Assembly (NCBI GenBank): GCA_002269645.1
Contig: NIVC01001748.1
Coordinates: 62,001 to 126,000 of the forward strand
Direction of reading: 5' to 3'
DNA: 64,000 nucleotides
Origin: Macrostomum lignano
Lineage: Eukaryota
The notes beneath the pieces were generated by a model, which was not told where the DNA came from, ran no database searches, and saw nothing but the letters and a program-made list of their open reading frames with translations. Positions 1-12,765 of the stretch are shown piece by piece (positions within the stretch are counted from its first letter, which is position 1; the number at the start of each line of letters is the position of its first letter). Position numbers and translations under genes: made by a program.

Positions 1-59
1 TTTAATCTATTACTAACTCATTGTATCATAAACTTCCCTAAGTATCCCTTTTCTAAATC

Positions 60-562
60 CCATTATCCCATTGTTTGAATCCCATTCTCAAGTCCCATTA
101 TCCCATTCCTAAATCCTATTATCCCATTTCTAAATCCCACTATCTCATTCCTCAATCCCATTATCCCATTCCCAAATCCCATCATCCCATTCCTAAATCT
201 AATTTTCCCATTCCCAAATCCCATTATCCCATTCCCAAATCCCACCATACCATTCCCATATCTCATTATCCCATTCCTAAATACCATTATCCCATTCCCA
301 AATCCCATTATCCCATTCCTAAATACCATTATCCCATTCCCAAATCCCATTATCCCATTCCTAAATACCATTATCCCATTCCTAAATGCCATTATCCCAT
401 TCCTTAGTTCTTTTTTCCCATTCCCAAATCCCATTATCCCATTCCTAAATACCATTATCCCATTCCCAAATCCCATTATCCCATTCCTAAACACCATTAT
501 CCCATTCCTAAATACCATTGTCCCATTCCTTAGTTCTATTTCCCCATTCCTAAATCCCATAA
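60..562. repeat. 21-bp minisatellite (CCATTATCCCATTCCYAAATM)n
   Basis: Visible tandem units; 7-aa periodicity of the overlapping ORF. Confidence 0.9.
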
Positions 563-1004
563 ACACATCCCTATATTTTCGTTTTCTGTTCCTTAGTTCC
601 TTTTGACTGACAAGGTTGTTTAACGCAATTATTATTTCCTAATGAAAACTCAATAATGTTTCGTTAAAGCTTTTATATGCGATTGCTGGCATTTGTAATG
701 CTTTTAATTTAGTCTGAAACGAGAATATAGTTTCAGCTTGATGCCTTTGCGCACATTGCAAATCCGTTTTTGTCGAGGAAAACCGTTTTTGGAAAAAATA
801 TTTTGCATTTTTTCCTTTTTATCGGCACATTCTACTACATATTTCGCTATTCCTACTTGCAGTAGACTGTTTAGAAGATAGCAGAATATTGATCTCAAAC
901 TACTGCCGAATTGCCAAATTTGCAACTACGGCTCAATGGAGATGATATCGCCTTTTTTAATATTGCCAAGATAAAAGTTGCAGGGCTGAGATTATAAAAA
1001 TAGG

Positions 1005-1385
1005 ATTGAGATTAGGCATAGTCGAGATGAGATACGGATAAGATTTTATATTATACACTGGTGAGATTAGACACGATTGAGAATAGGCACTACTGAGATT
1101 AGACACTGTAGAGATTGCGCAAAAGTGAGATTAGATACTGGAGAGATGAGACACAGGTGAGATGAGAGCAAACTGAGATTAGACACTGGAGAGATTTGAC
1201 ACGAGTGAGATTAGACACTGGAGAGATTAGACACACAGGTGAGATTAGACACTGTAGAGATTAGGCAAAAGTGAGATTAGACCCTAGAGAGATTTGACAC
1301 GAGTGAGATTAGACACAAGTGAGATTAGACACTAGAGGTTAGAAACGAGTGATACAAGACAAAGCTGAGATGAGACGGGGCCAAG
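1005..1385. repeat. Degenerate GAGATTAGACAC-based tandem repeat
   Basis: Recurring GAGATTAGACAC / GTGAGATTAG units. Confidence 0.75.
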
Positions 1386-1961
1386 ATTGACAAGAATATT
1401 AGTTATGCGTATGCTAAGATTCAGTTGAGAATTGGGATTACAGCATTGGGTTAAGCATATAAGTCGCAGTGCTTGTGTAGTTAAGGGCGGTTATAATTAA
1501 TGCAAACAATTCCTTAAGCAGAGAGCAGAGCATAAATTAATAAATGAAGCAACTCCGACACTCTGAAAGAGTGAATAAAATCCAACTGGTTGCGCAACGG
1601 CCAAATTTGCGATGCTCGTGAAGGCAGGGGGGGAGAGAGAAATAGTCAATTTAATACTAGTAGAATTATATTGCTAGAAACTCTTGTGCTACAGTTGAAC
1701 TTACGGATTCAGATGGATGCTTTTTGTCAATAGATTTCTTACTGCAGTACGTCTGCGATCTGTAGCGTGTAACCACGATGTGTAAGCATAGTGTGCTTTG
1801 GGCAATATTGGTAATCAGTTGATCCCTTATTGCTAGCGGGTCAAAATGCTAACTTGCAAGGGGAACTGATGTCTGGATGGGATTAGTTGGTGAAAATTTG
1901 CATGCAAGGCTTGTAGCTTTTATCTGGGATCCTGCTTGTAGATTGCTTCTTACGGCTACAT

Positions 1962-2229
1962 GACTGGAGTGCCCAGTCTAAATGACTAAAGTGCCTAGTC
2001 TAAATGACGAGTGCCCAGACAAAATGACTGGAGTGCCCAGACTGAATGACTGGAGTGCCCAGTCTAAATGACTGGATCAGTGCCCAGTCTAAATGACTGG
2101 AGTGCCCAGTCTAAATGATTGGAGTGCCCAGACTGAATGATTGGAGTGCCCAGACTGAATGATTGGAGTGCCCAGACTGAATGATTGGAGTGCCCAGACT
2201 GAATGATTGGAGTGCCCAGTCTAAATGAT
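1962..2229. repeat. 22-bp minisatellite (GAYTGGAGTGCCCAGWCTRAAT)n
   Basis: Period 22 (e.g. 2161 to 2183), about 11 copies. Confidence 0.9.
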
Positions 2230-2289
2230 GTTAAAAAGTTTCTTTTAAATGTTATTTCTCTGCTCAGATTATTTATTTTGAGAAGGAGA

Positions 2290-3245
2290 AAAGACAGAAA
2301 AGGAGAGAGGGGAGAGAGGGAGAGGGAACGAGGGAGAGGGAGAAGGGAGAGAGAGGGAGAAGGAGAGAGAAAGAGAGGGAGAGGGAGAGAGGGAGAGGGA
2401 GGGAGAGAGGGAGAGATGGAGAAGGAGAGAGGAAGAGGGAGTGAAGGAGAGGGATATAGGGAGAGGGAGTGAAGGAGAGGGATATAGGGAGAGGGAGTGA
2501 AGGAGAGGGATATAGGGAGAGGGAGTGAAGGAGAGGGATATAGGGAGAGGGAGTGAAGGAGAGGAAGAGGGAGAGGGAGAGAGGGAGATGGCAGAGAGGA
2601 GAGAGGGAGATGGGAGAGGAAGAAGACGGAGAGAGGAAGAGGGAGTGAAGGAGAGGGAGAGAGGGAGATGGGAGAGGAAGGAGAGGGAGAGAGGAAGAGG
2701 GAGTGAAGGAGAGGGAGAGAGGGAGAGAGGGAGTGAAGGAGAGGGAGAGAGGAAGAGGGAGAGAGGAAGAGGGAGTGAAGGAGAGGGAGAGAGGAAGAGG
2801 GAGAGAGGAAGAGGGAGTGAAGGAGAGGGAGAGAGGGAGATGGCAGAGAGAGAGAGGGAGATGGGAGAGAGGAAGAGGGAGTGAAGGAGAGGGAGAGAGG
2901 GAGAGGAAGATGGAGAAGGAGAGAGGGAGATGGCAGAGAGAGAGAGGGAGATGGGAGAGAGGAAGAGGGAGTGAAGGAGAGGGAGAGAGGGAGAGGAAGA
3001 TGGAGAAGGAGAGAGGGAGATGGCAGAGAGAGAGAGGGAGATGGGAGAGAGGAAGAGGGATTGAAGGAGAGGGAGAGAGGGAGAGGAAGATGGAGAAGGA
3101 GAGAGGGAGATGGCAGAGAGAGAGAGGGAGATGGGAGAGAGGAAGAGGGAGTGAAGGAGAGGGAGAGAGGGAGAGGAAGATGGAGAAGGAGAGAGGGAGA
3201 TGGCAGAGAGAGAGAGAGGGAGATGGGAGAGGAAGGAGAGCAGGG
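2290..3245. repeat. Polypurine GA-rich repeat with a 90-bp higher-order unit
   Basis: TGGAGAAGGAGAGAGGGAGATGGCAGAGAG recurs at 2911, 3001, 3091 and 3181. Confidence 0.9.
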
Positions 3246-3877
3246 ATATAGATGAGGCAGATTCAGTAGTGGCAGCTTAGCATCGCAAGAGTATTTCTAA
3301 AATGATCGCAGCCTCAAAGTGGATTTTGCTGGCCAAAACGGTGACTGCTCAGCACCAGGTGACCGAGTCGCAAATCGGCTTAGCTTCTAAACTAATCTTG
3401 CACCTATGCTCATCTGTCACTCGCAGACGGATTTGTGAAATACCTGAAACTCATAATTCATAATTTTTCTTTGCTGTCAGTATGTTACAGAATCTAATAA
3501 ATCATAGTAAATTTGTCTCGTTGAAAAACAGTAGTGGCTTATTAAACAGAGTTCCCTGAAATAATTTCAAATCCGAAGCTACAAAAAATTGATAATAGAA
3601 TAATTTTTCCCGCCAGCTACATATAGTCGCTGGACTTTTCTGTGTGTTGGTGGACAGTTGATTAAACACTTAATTCAGTTGCCTGCAGGTAAACTTATGA
3701 CTGAATGAGTCTTCAATAAAAGTTTATCTTGTCTCTCTCTCTCTCTGTGGAAATGAATTGGGTTTGAAGCTTGTAGTGTGGAGGTAGAAGTCTCTATATA
3801 CATGTGTAAATATAATACTTATAATTTTAGGAAATTGTTAAATTCAATGCGGGTAAATTGGCTGCTATTTCATTCAG

Positions 3878-4190
3878 TAGAGAATGGAGAGAAGGGAGAA
3901 TGGAGAGAAGGGAGAATGGAGAGAAGGGAGAATAGAGAGAAGGGAGAGTGGAGAGAAGGGAGAATGGAGAGAAGGGAGAATGGAGAGAAGGGAGAATGGA
4001 GAGAAGGGAGAATGGAGAGAAGGGAGAATGGAGAGAAGGGAGAATGGAGAGAAGGGAGAGTGGAGAGAAGGGAGAGTGGAGAGAAGGGAGAGTGGAGAGA
4101 AGGGAGAATGGAGAGAAGGGAGAATGGAGAGAAGGGAGAGAAGGCAGAAGGGATAGAAGGGAGAAGGGGAGGGGAGAAGGCAGAGGGGAG
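3878..4190. repeat. 16-bp polypurine minisatellite (AATGGAGAGAAGGGAG)n
   Basis: Period 16 (3901 to 3917). Confidence 0.9.
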
Positions 4191-4744
4191 ATTCGGCAGC
4201 CACAGGAGATTTAAGCATGCACTCTGCAGATGGGATGTGTATGCATACTCACAGACTAATTACCAATTCCCGTTGTCTTGTCTGGCGATTTTCACCTGCA
4301 CTTTACTCTCCCATCAATATCTATTATTGACAAAGTGTGTATTCAGCTCGTCCAGAACAAGCTCTCACTTCTCTGCAGCTTCAGTTGGCTCCCCTAGCAG
4401 GTCTCCGTCTGTCACACCTGGCACACTTGGCTATTATTCCACACACTTATTCACACCGGCACATCTACACAGTGGGTCTCCCATATGAGGAGCGACTGCA
4501 AGAGCTGTAAGAATGTGCTTTCATTAATTCATTATGGTCATAGATGTTAAAACTGAGAATTCTATCTGAGAGAAGTCTATAAAACTGCAATTTATATAAA
4601 AACTCCGGGAGTTGGTGGGGGCACATTGCTTGATAGGGCGGGGCAGATCTGTGATGAACTTTTGGCTGAAGCCATCTTTAACCGTGACACTACTGACTCA
4701 CTCTGCCTCATCTCTGCTCCCCTTCCTTATTTCTTCTCTCTACT

Positions 4745-4950
4745 CTCGCTTCTCTCCCTTCTCCCCTTTCTCCCTTCTCCCCTCTCCCTTCTCCCCTCTC
4801 TCCCTTCTCCCCTCACTTACTCCCCTCTCTCCCTTCCCCCTCTCTCCCTTCCCCCTCTCTCCCTTCTCCCCTCTCTCCCTTCTCCCCTCACTTACTCCCC
4901 CCTTCTCCCCTCTCCTCTCTCCCCTCTCTCTTCTCCCTCTACTCTTTTCT
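4745..4950. repeat. Polypyrimidine (CTCTCCCTTCTCCC)-type repeat
   Basis: C/T-only low-complexity units. Confidence 0.85.
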
Positions 4951-5239
4951 CTCACCCTTTGTGAGAGAAACCCCCTCATTTTTCCCCTCTCAATTTATTT
5001 CTCATTTTTCCCACCAAGAAACCGCAGCGGTGCAGATTCAATATCAATATTGAAGAATTCTGAGCTCGATTTCAATAATCCACACTCAGAATTAGCTGGG
5101 ATTACCCGACTCGAACTTGAATCGAGTACTTCTTTCTTTAATTAATATTTTACCGCAGAAGCTTTCGGGAAATTCTTTCGAGAAGACATATTGCGCAGAT
5201 AACACTCCGACTGCCCTGGAATCTGACCTTGGACAATAG

Positions 5240-7213
5240 CCTACTGAATCAGTGTGTCAGTATGAGGTCATGACCTTACTTAATCAGTGTGTCAGTATGA
5301 GGTCATGACCCACTGAATCAGTGTGTCAGTATGGGGTCATGACCTTGCTGAATCAGTGTGTCAGTATGAGGTCATGACCTTACTTAATCAGTGTGTCAGT
5401 ATGAGGTCATGACCCACTGAATCAGTGTGTCAGTATGGGGTCATGACCTTACTGAATCAGTGTGTCAGTATGAGGTCATGACCTTACTGAATCAGTGTGT
5501 CAGTATGAGGTCATGACCCACTGAATCAGTGTGTCAGTATGGGGTCATGACCTTGCTGAATCAGTGTGTCAGTGTAAGGTCATGACCTACTGAATCAGTG
5601 TGTCAGTATGGGGTCATGAACTTACTGAATCAGTGTGTCAGTATGGAGTCATGACCCTACTGAATCAGTGTGTCAGTATGGGGTCATAACCTACTGAATC
5701 AGTGTGTCAGTATGAGGTCATGACCTTACTGAATCAGTGTGTCAGTATGAGGTCATGACCCACTGAATCAGTGTGTCAGTATGGGGTCATGACCTTGCTG
5801 AATCAGTGTGTCAGTGTAAGGTCATGACCTACTGAATCAGTGTGTCAGTATGGGGTCATGAACTTACTGAATCAGTGTGTCAGTATGGAGTCATGACCCT
5901 ACTGAATCAGTGTGTCAGTATGGGGTCATAACCTACTGAATCAGTGTGTCAGTATGGGGTATGACCTATTAAACCACTGTGTCAGTATGGGATCATGCCC
6001 TACTAAATCAGTGTGTCAGTATGGGGTCATGACCTTGCTGAATCAGTGTGTCAGTGTAAGGTCATGACCTACTGAATCAGTGTGTCAGTATGGGGTCATG
6101 AACTTACTGAATCAGTGTGTCAGTATGGAGTCATGACCCTACTGAATCAGTGTGTCAGTATGGGGTCATAACCTACTGAATCAGTGTGTCAGTATGGGGT
6201 ATGACCTAATAAACCACTGTGTCAGTATGGGATCATGCCCTACTAAATCAGTGTGTCAGTATGGGGTCATGACCTTACTGAATCAGTGTGTCAGTATGGG
6301 GTCATGACCCACAGAATCAGTGTGTCAGTATGAGGTCATGACCCACAGAATCAGTGTGTCAGTATGGGGTCATGACCCACAGAATCAGTGTGTCAGTATG
6401 AGGTCATGACCCACAGAATCAGTGTGTCAGTATGGGGTCATGACCCACAGAATCAGTGTGTCAGTATGGGGTCATGACCCACAGAATCAGTGTGTCAGTA
6501 TGGGGTCATGACCCACAGAATCAGTGTGTCAGTATGAGGTCATGACCCACTAAATCAGTGTGTCAGTATGGGGTCATGACCTAGTGAATCAGTGTCAGTA
6601 TGGGGTCATGACCTTACTGAATCAGTGTGTCAGTATGAGGTCATGACCCACAGAATCAGTGTGTCAGTATGGGGTCATGACCCACAGAATCAGTGTGTCA
6701 GTATGGGGTCATGACCCACAGAATCAGTGTGTCAGTATGGGGTCATGACCCACAAAATCAGTGTGTCAGTATGGGGTAATGACCCACAGAATCAGTGTGT
6801 CAGTATGGGGTCATGACCCACAGAATCAGTGTGTCAGTATGAGGTCATGACCCACTAAATCAGTGTGTCAGTATGGGGTCATGACCCACTAAATCAGTGT
6901 CAGTATGGGGTCATGACCTACTGAATCAGTGTGTCAGTATGGGGTCATGACCTAATAAACCACTGTGTCAGTATGGGATCATGACCCACTAAATCAGTGT
7001 GTCAGTATTGGGTCATGACCTAGTGAATCAGTGTGTCAGTATGGGGTCATGGCCCACTGAATCACTGTGTCAGTATAGGGTCATGACCTTACTGAATCAG
7101 TGTGTCAGTATGGGATCATACCCTACTGAATCAGTTTGTCAGTATGGGGTCATGACCTTACTGAATCAGTGTGTCAGTAAGGGGTCATGACTCACAGAAT
7201 CAGTGTGTCAGTA
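5240..7213. repeat. 34-35-bp minisatellite (ACTGAATCAGTGTGTCAGTATGRGGTCATGACCY[T])n, about 57 copies
   Basis: Direct reading. Most units contain the palindrome GGTCATGACC. Confidence 0.95.
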
Positions 7214-7911
7214 CAGTCTCATGTCGAGTTCAACTGAGGACAGCACACAACAAACTTGTCACTTGAAATTTAATCCGATTATCAGCAGAAGATCCCAGAT
7301 GCTCATCATGGTTCATCAGTTCTGTAAAATTTTCCAAATGACCAAAACCTAGTCAAGCCAGAGTCTGTTTTGGCTGATCTATCGTTATTGAGCTGTGCAA
7401 ACTGCAAACAGATGTCAAGCAGGGATCGGGTTAGAGTTCGGGGGGCAGAAACCCCCCAGCAGTTCTGCTATGTGTTTTTTGCTGTTGAAATAATCGAATT
7501 CCACCGAGAGCTGCCCGGTCCAGTGCTTCGACTTTCTCTGGGGAGCGCAGCCTTGCCGAAAAACCTTCCGAATTTGTTGATTTTTATTCAAGCGCCGAAA
7601 CCCCCGCGTGCGCTGTGTGCTCTGCTCGCTTATAAAATTAGGCTGGGAGCTTAAACAAAAAAACGCAGACGCAACTAGAGCAGGTCATTTGAGTCTGAGT
7701 TGTCCGTGGCGTCAGCTTCCATCATCAGCTGGATTGGAAAACCTAATTACAAGGGGGTCGCTACACTGTTGGATAATTTTTTTACTTGGCGTTGGCGCTG
7801 GGTGCGGATGGGGTCTCGGCGTTCTCGAGTGCGGTAATTCGGGCCTGCGGTTGCCGGGTGGAGTTTGGGAGAATTCAGATGAGTGGCCAAGGTGGCGTAT
7901 GGAATGTTAGA

Positions 7912-9320
7912 GATGCAGGGACACAGATGTAGGGACACAGATGTAGGGACACAGATTCAGGGACACAGATGTAGGGACACAGATGTAGGGACACAGATTC
8001 AGGGACACAGATGTAGGGACACAGATGTAGGGACACAGATTTAGGGACACAGATGTAGGGACACAGATGTAGGGACACAGATTTAGGGACATAGATGTAG
8101 GGACAGAGATGTAGGGACACAGATGTAGGGACACAGATTCAGGGACACAGATGTAGGGACACAGATTTAGGGACATAGATGTAGGGACATAGATGTAGGG
8201 ACACAGATTCAGGGACACAGATGTAGGGACATAGATGTAGGGACACAGATTTAGGGACATAGATGTAGGGACATAGATGTAGGGACACAGACTTAGGGAC
8301 ATAGATGTAGGGACACAGACTTAGGGACATAGATGTAGGGACACAGATTCAGGGACACAGATGTAGGGACACAGATTCAGGGACACAGATGTAGGGACAC
8401 AGATTCAGGGACACAGATGTAGGGACAGAGATGTAGGGACATAGATGCAGGGACATAGATGTAGGGACACAGACTTAGGGACATAGATGTACGGACACAG
8501 ACTTAGGGACATAGATGTAGGGACACAGATTCAGGGACACAGATGTAGGGACACAGATTCAGGGACACAGATGTAGGGACATAGATGTAGGGACACAGAT
8601 TTAGGGACATAGATGTAGGGACATAGATGTAGGGACACAGACTTAGGGACATAGATGTAGGGACACAGACTTAGGGACATAGATGTAGGGACACAGATTC
8701 AGGGACACAGATGTAGGGACACAGATTCAGGGACACAGATGTAGGGACACAGATTCAGGGACACAGATGTAGGGACAGAGATGTAGGGACATAGATGCAG
8801 GGACATAGATGTAGGGACACAGACTTAGGGACATAGATGTACGGACACAGACTTAGGGACATAGATGTAGGGACACAGATTCAGGGACACAGATGTAGGG
8901 ACACAGATTCAGGGACACAGATGTAGGGACATAGATGTAGGGACACAGATTTAGGGACATAGATGTAGGGACATAGATGTAGGGACACAGACTTAGGGAC
9001 ATAGATGTAGGGACACAGACTTAGGGACATAGATGTAGGGACACAGATTCAGGGACACAGATGTAGGGACACAGATTCAGGGACACAGATGTAGGGACAC
9101 AGATTCAGGGACACAGATGTAGGGACAGAGATGTAGGGACATAGATGCAGGGACATAGATGTAGGGACACAGACTTAGGGACATAGATGTACGGACACAG
9201 ACTTAGGGACATAGATGTAGGGACACAGATTCAGGGACACAGATGTAGGGACACAGATTCAGGGACACAGATGTAGGGACACAGATTCAGGGACACAGAT
9301 TTAGGGACAGAGATGTAGGG
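7912..9320. repeat. 14-bp minisatellite (AGGGACACAGATGT)n, about 100 copies
   Basis: Direct reading; 350-bp higher-order period. Confidence 0.95.
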
Positions 9321-9447
9321 AGGGACGTAATTGTAGGAGGGACACGTGTAGGGGTTTAGATATAGGGATATAGATTTAGGGACATAGATGCAGGGACACA
9401 GGGACACAGATGATGTAGAGACATATTAGATAGTTGCAGGGAGATCG

Positions 9448-9451
<4 letters not shown>

Positions 9452-9508
<57 letters not shown>
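9452..9508. repeat. (GA)n microsatellite
   Basis: Direct reading. Confidence 0.95.
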
Positions 9509-9510
<2 letters not shown>

Positions 9511-9974
9511 TTTAGGGTGAGATGCATGGATATAGATGTAGGGAAATACTGGTAGATGCAGGGACATAGATGCAAAATGCAGAGATGCAAAGAGAAAAGT
9601 GTAGGGAAAGAGATATAGAGGGAGAGATGCAGGGAGGAGACACATGAATGCACAAAAGACCACTCAAAAAAAGTTTCTCTCCAAGATTAAATCGAATTGA
9701 ATCAATTTGAAATCCCACAGCGCCAAAAACAGCATCGCTATGCCAGCTGTCAAGTTGAATATTTCGCCATCCGCACGGGTTCAAGCCGATGTTTTTCGCC
9801 GGGCATAAAAATTCGATTTAAAACGTTTGGATAAAAAACTAATTTGCATCTCAATTGAACATTATTATTGCCGATTTTTCAACGAATTTTTTTAGTTTTT
9901 GTGGGTGGAAAGTTTTGAACAGTTTTTGCTCCGACCGATGGAAATTGAGCGTTACCTAAAATGATTGGCTTATC

Positions 9975-10313
9975 TGATTTATGAAATTGATGTCTGGTTT
10001 GTGGCTTGTAATATATCTGGTTTATGATGTTTAATATTTGGTCTATAATCTTTAATATCTGGTTTATGATCTTTGATATCTGGTTTATGATCTTTAATCT
10101 CTGGTTTATGAAATTGATGTCTGGTTTGTGGCTTGTAATATATCTGGTTTATGATGTTCAATATTTGGTCTATAATCTTTAATATCTGGTTTATGATCTT
10201 TGATATCTGGTTTATGATCTTTGATATCTGGTTTATGATCTTTGATATCTGGTTTATGATCTTTAATACCTGGTTTATGATCTTTGAAATCTGGTTTATG
10301 ATCTTTAACATCT
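9975..10313. repeat. 21-bp minisatellite (ATCTGGTTTATGATCTTTRAT)n with an internal ~127-bp duplication
   Basis: ATGAAATTGATGTCTGGTTTGTGGCTTG occurs at 9981 and 10108. Confidence 0.85.
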
Positions 10314-10544
10314 AGATAAATTAACTATTCGTTAGTAATTAAAAACTAGATAATTCCTAACAAAACTTTAACAAATTAGTTTCTTTATTTCAGCACAAAG
10401 TTTTCCGGCACAGCATCCCGCAGAGCTTCATCAAGATCTGTCTCACAATTGGACCTGTTATTTCGGAGTAGTAAACGTTGTGGAATAGGGCATGTGCCTG
10501 TCTGTCACCTTTTCACCTGTCATTCAAGACTGACAGATAAAACG

Positions 10545-10556
10545 GAGAGAGAGAGA

Positions 10557-10624
<68 letters not shown>

Positions 10625-10637
10625 GAGAGAGAGAGAG
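10545..10637. repeat. (GA)n microsatellite
   Basis: Direct reading. Confidence 0.95.
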
Positions 10638-10889
10638 CTGAGGGATGGGCGGGTGGGAGTGGAACAGAATTCCCTAATGGCGAAAATCCTCTAAATGCAA
10701 TATCCTCATCATCCTTAAACGAGATCTATTGGGATTTGAGAGGTCAGAGGTCAGGATAAATGAATTAAAATGGCACTTGACGTTTTTGGCAGAAATTCCA
10801 TCAGCAGTTAATTCTTTGCAGGCTTGCAAATAGATTAAAAAGTCAATAATTTACTAATTATCTGCCACCATTTTTCATTCGTTTTAGAT

Positions 10890-11110
10890 TATTCACCCAT
10901 CATAAAACTATTTTTTCGATACATATCGGCAAATTAAATTTGTCTTGATTTACTGATTTATTCACACTATACAAAGAATAACACATGATTTCCAAAGTTG
11001 ATTTTCGATACATATCGGCTCAGTGTTTTTGCATTGGTTGAATGAATTAACGGTAATATTCACACTGGATAATTCATGATTTGCAAATTATATTTTCGAT
11101 ACATATCGCC
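10890..11110. repeat. Diverged ~90-bp triple repeat with conserved TTTTCGATACATATCG core
   Basis: Core CGATACATATCG at 10917, 11006 and 11097, each preceded by ATTCAC. Confidence 0.7.
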
Positions 11111-11769
11111 ATCAAACAATGATATTCTCCTTCAATTGCAGAGATACATTGTATCGCCGCGCTCATTTAAATATCTCCCCCAAGCACGCGGGAATAAGTT
11201 CCTCCTCCGATTGTCGCGTGAGCTCTCATCAGAAGGCACCGCCGCTCAGTGTCCAGCTTCCCGTAGTGATCCTCATCGCCCCCCCTTCCCCAGCTTCATC
11301 GCGAGCGCGCGTCACCTTTACTCATCAATCCTTGTGGGATGCTTGATATAATTTAGCTTAGCTGGAAGAAAAAGCTTTCAAAAATATCTATCTAGATATT
11401 TACTCCACCCCCAGGCCTCAGAGCGTGGCCCGCTCTGCTCATTAATAATTAATCAGCCTCTGCCATGCTGGGTGGAGGGAGTGAGTTAAACAGCAAATCC
11501 CCCGCCCCACTACCCTAACAACAGTTATCCCACCCTTAGACTGGGATGCAATCAAGCGATGGGGGGCCCGGGATGCACGAGGACTCACAGATGAAGCTTG
11601 CTTGGTATTCAATTTGCAGCTGGGAAGAGACCTGCGCGCCTTAATGATAGCTGATGCCTGCATCACCTGCCGACTCCGATATGCATCTATTGGTGCCAAT
11701 TAACTTGGAATTATAAATTGATCTTGGCAACGTTTAGAAGTGGTCAGTTGCAATCTGGACATTTTTAGT

Positions 11770-12035
11770 GCTTTAGGGATTAGGGATTAAGGATTAGGAA
11801 TTAGGGATTAGGGATTAGGGATTAGGAGTTAGGGATTAGGGATTATGAATTAAGGATTAGGGATTAGGGATTAAGGATTTAGGTTTAGGGATTAGAGATT
11901 AGGGGTTAAGGATAAGGCATTGAATAGTAAGGATTAGCGATTAAGGATTAGGGGTTAGGGATTAGGGATTAAGGATTAGGGATTAGGGATTAAGGGTGGG
12001 TGATTAGGGGTTAGGAATTAGGGATTAGGGATTAA
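11770..12035. repeat. Telomere-like 7-mer (TTAGGGA)n, degenerate
   Basis: GGGATTAGGGATTAGGG runs with TTAAGG, TTAGGA and TTAGGGG variants. Confidence 0.85.
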
Positions 12036-12765
12036 GTATTATTGATAGGAAATTCACGGATGCGAGTCTGTGAAGAAGGAGCGCTATTTCTCGCAATGGC
12101 AATTCACGGGGAATTCCGAAATTCGGTGAGAAATATTCTGTTGAATGCTAAGCGGTTGTCCAGACCGACCGACCCGGTTAACCGACTCACTGACAGCGTA
12201 TTTTGTTGATGACGGGGAATCTTCATGATGATGATGGAGAAACTCCAGATTCAGAAGTTAAGGCACAGGGGTCCTCTCTTGGAGAGCTCCCAGAGGGATC
12301 AGTTCTCGGTTATAGTTTCACCTCCCGGAGGTCAACCGGGTCAACTCCTCTACAGAGTTTATCCCCACTTCAAGCTGCATCCATCAAACTCCAAAACGCG
12401 GAGCCTCCATCACGCTGAATAAGTCTCTTAAAAACCGGCTTAACCAAGGGCGAGAGACTCTGACGTAATACTTTCCAGTGCGGTGTTTTTGCATTTGGGG
12501 ACAGACATTTTCCCATGAAAGCTGCGGAATGCCAACTGAGACGATTATTGGTGAGGCAACAGCAACGACAGGAGCTGATGTAACAGTCTGGGTTACAACC
12601 GCAACTCCATGTCCTCTCTCAGGGGACAGAAATGACTAAGTTGAAAGATTAGTGGAACAGGGAACCAAACTCATCTTCTCAATTGCAACTGCTCAAAAAC
12701 CTTTCAGTTTGTATTTGCTGATGTCATTTTTTAAATTTATTGACAATAATTGACATTATTTTGTT

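Noticed and set aside
11770-12035. True chromosome end
   Set aside because: Short, degenerate, internal, and a 7-mer rather than pure TTAGGG.
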